Source of the DNA: Blastocystis sp. Blastoise
Taxonomy: Eukaryota; Protista; Bigyra: Opalinata
Reading direction: 5' to 3'
Length of the DNA stretch: 64,000 nt
NCBI GenBank assembly: GCA_039096225.1
Contig: JBBPEB010000007.1
Location: 1,054,001-1,118,000 of the forward strand
Shown piece by piece: positions 60,901 to 64,000 of the stretch. The position numbers were made by a program, and so were the translations under genes. The notes beneath the pieces were generated by a model. That model saw only the letters and a program-made list of their open reading frames with translations. It searched no databases and was not told the origin of the DNA. The first letter of the stretch is position 1. Each line of letters starts with the position of its first letter.

Positions 60901-61391
60901 TATATAAAAAAATATATATACAAGGAATTCTCCTGCGTCATTTTGTTCCTCAATATCATTGATATTATATAACTGTTTATAAGTGGAACACAATTCTTGA
61001 ATGACTTGTAAGCAGTACACTTCTTGCTCGATAGATTTCTTAGAAGCATCATTTTCGTACGGAGACGGATACGGATATTCTTGAGATGTAAAATAGAATA
61101 ATGATAATAAAAGGAGTATATATTAATAGTATGTATATATATTATAAATAATAATAATATATATGTTTAAATATAATATAATAATATAGATATTATAAAT
61201 AATAAAGAATATAGATATTATAAAGAATCACATACTGAATGTTATGTTATTAGCAATCAAATAATAGAAGAGATGTTTATATACAGTAATCATTTTATTC
61301 TATATATATATTATATTAAGTATATTATATATATACATTAATATTGTTACTGCTTGTAACGAATTCAACGAGATCTGCATTATGAGATAAA

Positions 61392-61449
<58 letters not shown>

Positions 61450-63274
61450 CATATACCTGAATAATAGATATCATATAACATATATTTTTTGTATTAATAA
61501 GACCACGACGAAGTGAATCCTATATATAAGCATATATATATATATATGTTATTTATATATATTAATAATAATAATTAAATAAATTAAATAAATTAAATAA
61601 ATTAAATAAATTAAATAAATTAAATATATACTTGATGGAAAAAGACAGAAATCGCTGGTTTCTTATTTTCTATATATATATAACAATATATAATATATAC
61701 GATATAATAAATAATATACTATTATAATCTTGCGCATAATATGAATTGGCCGGTGGTGATATCATAACATCATTCGATCTCTTTACAGGCATTTCATGTC
61801 CATCTCTCGGCTCTCTATCATTATCTATATATATATATATATATATATTAACACTATATAATGTATATATATTAATATATATACCAGTAAGTTTAATTTC
61901 ATTATGATTGGAATTCCCGTGGTAATTTTCATCATGTTTAAAGCTATTCATATCAACAGGAGTAATAAGTCCATGTTGACATATATATCCATCTTGTACA
62001 TACATATCGTTACATAATTGTTTCTGTTCGTTATGATCATCTATAGGTACAGATGAATCTGGTGATATAGTATATCCAGGAAGACTAAGTGGCTGAGAAA
62101 GTGATCCAGGAACGACTTTAGTAAAAGAAGAAGAAGAAGAAGAAGAAGACGATTGATTATTCATAGATATATTTGTATTTTGAGCAGAAGACGTTGGCAT
62201 CGAAGAATTTGAATTTATTGTAATTCTGTTTGAATCATTATTATTATCATATTTATAATTGTCACTGCTATTATTATCTGAATAATTATTTGTATTCATA
62301 TTCGAATTATTATTAACTGTTTTAACAGAAGGAATACCTAAAAGATATATATTATAAAATATATAATCAAATAAAACAAAATTAATTATAAAATTAATTA
62401 TAAAATAAATAATTAAATAATCAAATAAATAATCAAATAAATAATCAAATAAATAATCAAATAAATAATCAAATAAATAATCAAATAAATTATTAAAAGA
62501 AACTACATATATACCTGTAAATGTATTCTTTATAAAACAATCTAATCGTGTAAATATTTCTTTATCTGATGATTTATCTGAAGAATAAATACTTATTTTA
62601 GGACTATATTTATTAAATAGACCTAAAGGAATATGACAAGGAGTTAATTGAATAATTGGGTGATTATAATCAAATAAAACAGTTGAATATTTTGAATCAC
62701 CAATAGAAACTTGTATTTGATTTAAATAATCTTCTCCTTTGTATAAATACTATAAAATAGATATTCAAGAATATATTATTGTCATATATACTTCAATCAG
62801 CAAAACTTGTAAATCTCGTAACTCAAATGTATTTTTAAAAATTCGCGTACCACAAGATGTTCCTTGAAAGAAAAATTCATATCGTCTAATAGCCACAGGA
62901 ACACGAATAATGCAACTTGGAATCATGGTTCTCATCGGAGAAAGAAGAGACAAGTATTCACTCATCGATAAAAGGGGTGATCGTCGACATGCGTCAAAGA
63001 AATCCTCAATTCTATTCTATATTTTATTTACTAGTCAGTATAGAATGATAGAATACATACATAATTCATATCTCCATTTAAAAAGCATGTGTAAAGAATA
63101 GCTTTTCCTTTATCTTCATCAATAATCTAAATAAATAAAAAAATATATAATGACTACTTTCATTAGTGATTCTTAATAAGTTACCTTAGTGTTCAAGTCT
63201 TGAATGGAGATTGTGTATGAATTTTGCATATATGGATTATCTATTCCATAAACTTTAATATTCTCATTTGACAT
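57977..63274 (-). CDS. Second ubiquitin carboxyl-terminal hydrolase (USP; split catalytic domain, USP4/11/15-like layout)
   Basis: Cys box RRGLINTKNICYMISIIQ|CLSH, QNDAGEFL, W|YCDVC, QLPYIIIIHLDR, ISFPF, YDLVSVCYHTGDLNGGHYYT, WFSYSD, ALYLFY. Confidence 0.85.
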
Positions 63275-63773
63275 ATTGTATTAATTTTATATAAGATCAA
63301 ATAATAAAAAAATAGGATTAACTATAAAAAATAAACAACAAAAAAAGAGTAAAATGTACTAGAAATTCTGAAAGTAACTCTTTGATTTCTTGTATAACCA
63401 CGGTAAAAGAAAACAGATTTTAAAAAACTGAATGTTTGTCAAGTTTGGCTTTGACAGGGTTTTTTAACAATATTATTGCTTACATTTTTGATAAACATAG
63501 TAATAAACATTTTTGAGTTTTAATATTTTATTTTGAGTTTTAATATTTTATTTTTCACGTCGATACTTTACAATCAAGTATATATATAACACATAAAAAA
63601 ACAAAAAAATGTAAGAAAAAGCAAAACTAAGAAAAAGAAACTAAAAGTGTGAATTGAAATATTTTTAAAAAAGACGAATGAAAGATGACGTTTACAAAGA
63701 AGAGAGGAAACAAGTCAGACTTGGACCATAACATATATATAAAAAGAAAGTTTACAAAAAAATAAATTATTTA

Positions 63774-63815
<42 letters not shown>

Positions 63816-64000
63816 CATATTTCTACGTTAATATATATATAGAAACTGATGATATGAATATAAATAACAACAAATTAAGTTAAAATAGAGAACTAATAAG
63901 ATTATCAAATATACTTTTAAAAAACTGTATTCTAAAAGTGTTTAATATATATATATAAGAGAGATAAATAAGTTAAAGAATAGAGATAACAGACACATTA

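Noticed and set aside
63600-64000. Possible 3' end of a further minus-strand gene
   Set aside because: No interpretable exon or reading frame inside the window.

Overview
Very AT-rich, gene-dense, intron-rich nuclear DNA from a unicellular eukaryote using the standard code. It is not bacterial, so most entries in the ORF track are exon fragments or microsatellite artefacts. The He_PIG/HormR surface protein, the BTB/TLDc families, the ~41-nt minimal introns, the U12 introns and the TGTTT-rich 3' ends suggest an AT-rich Blastocystis-like stramenopile (inference only). I spliced 17 protein-coding genes by hand: a 5'-truncated surface protein, RPL17, a C2H2/poly-Asn protein, BTB-TLDc, BTB-LRR, DNAJB12-like, MPP10, a CDK10/11-like kinase, a Rib2-type deaminase, PARN, NEMP, a CCCH/SRI RS protein, a giant USP, a TM-TLDc, a small single-pass membrane protein, PP2A-C and a second USP. 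The most unusual signals are: (1) a broad splice-site repertoire, with two clear U12 AT-AC introns, two GC-AG introns, a homology-forced GT-AC intron and a GAG acceptor in RPL17, and a G(TA)32T intron with no AG, all against a background of introns capped by self-complementary (TA)n; (2) a palindromic GC-rich motif, TCCCRYGGGA, written into exons in all three frames against the codon bias; (3) one-LRR-per-exon architecture; (4) a 5'-to-3' gradient of intron expansion. All gene models and counts are manual and need RNA-seq and raw-read confirmation.
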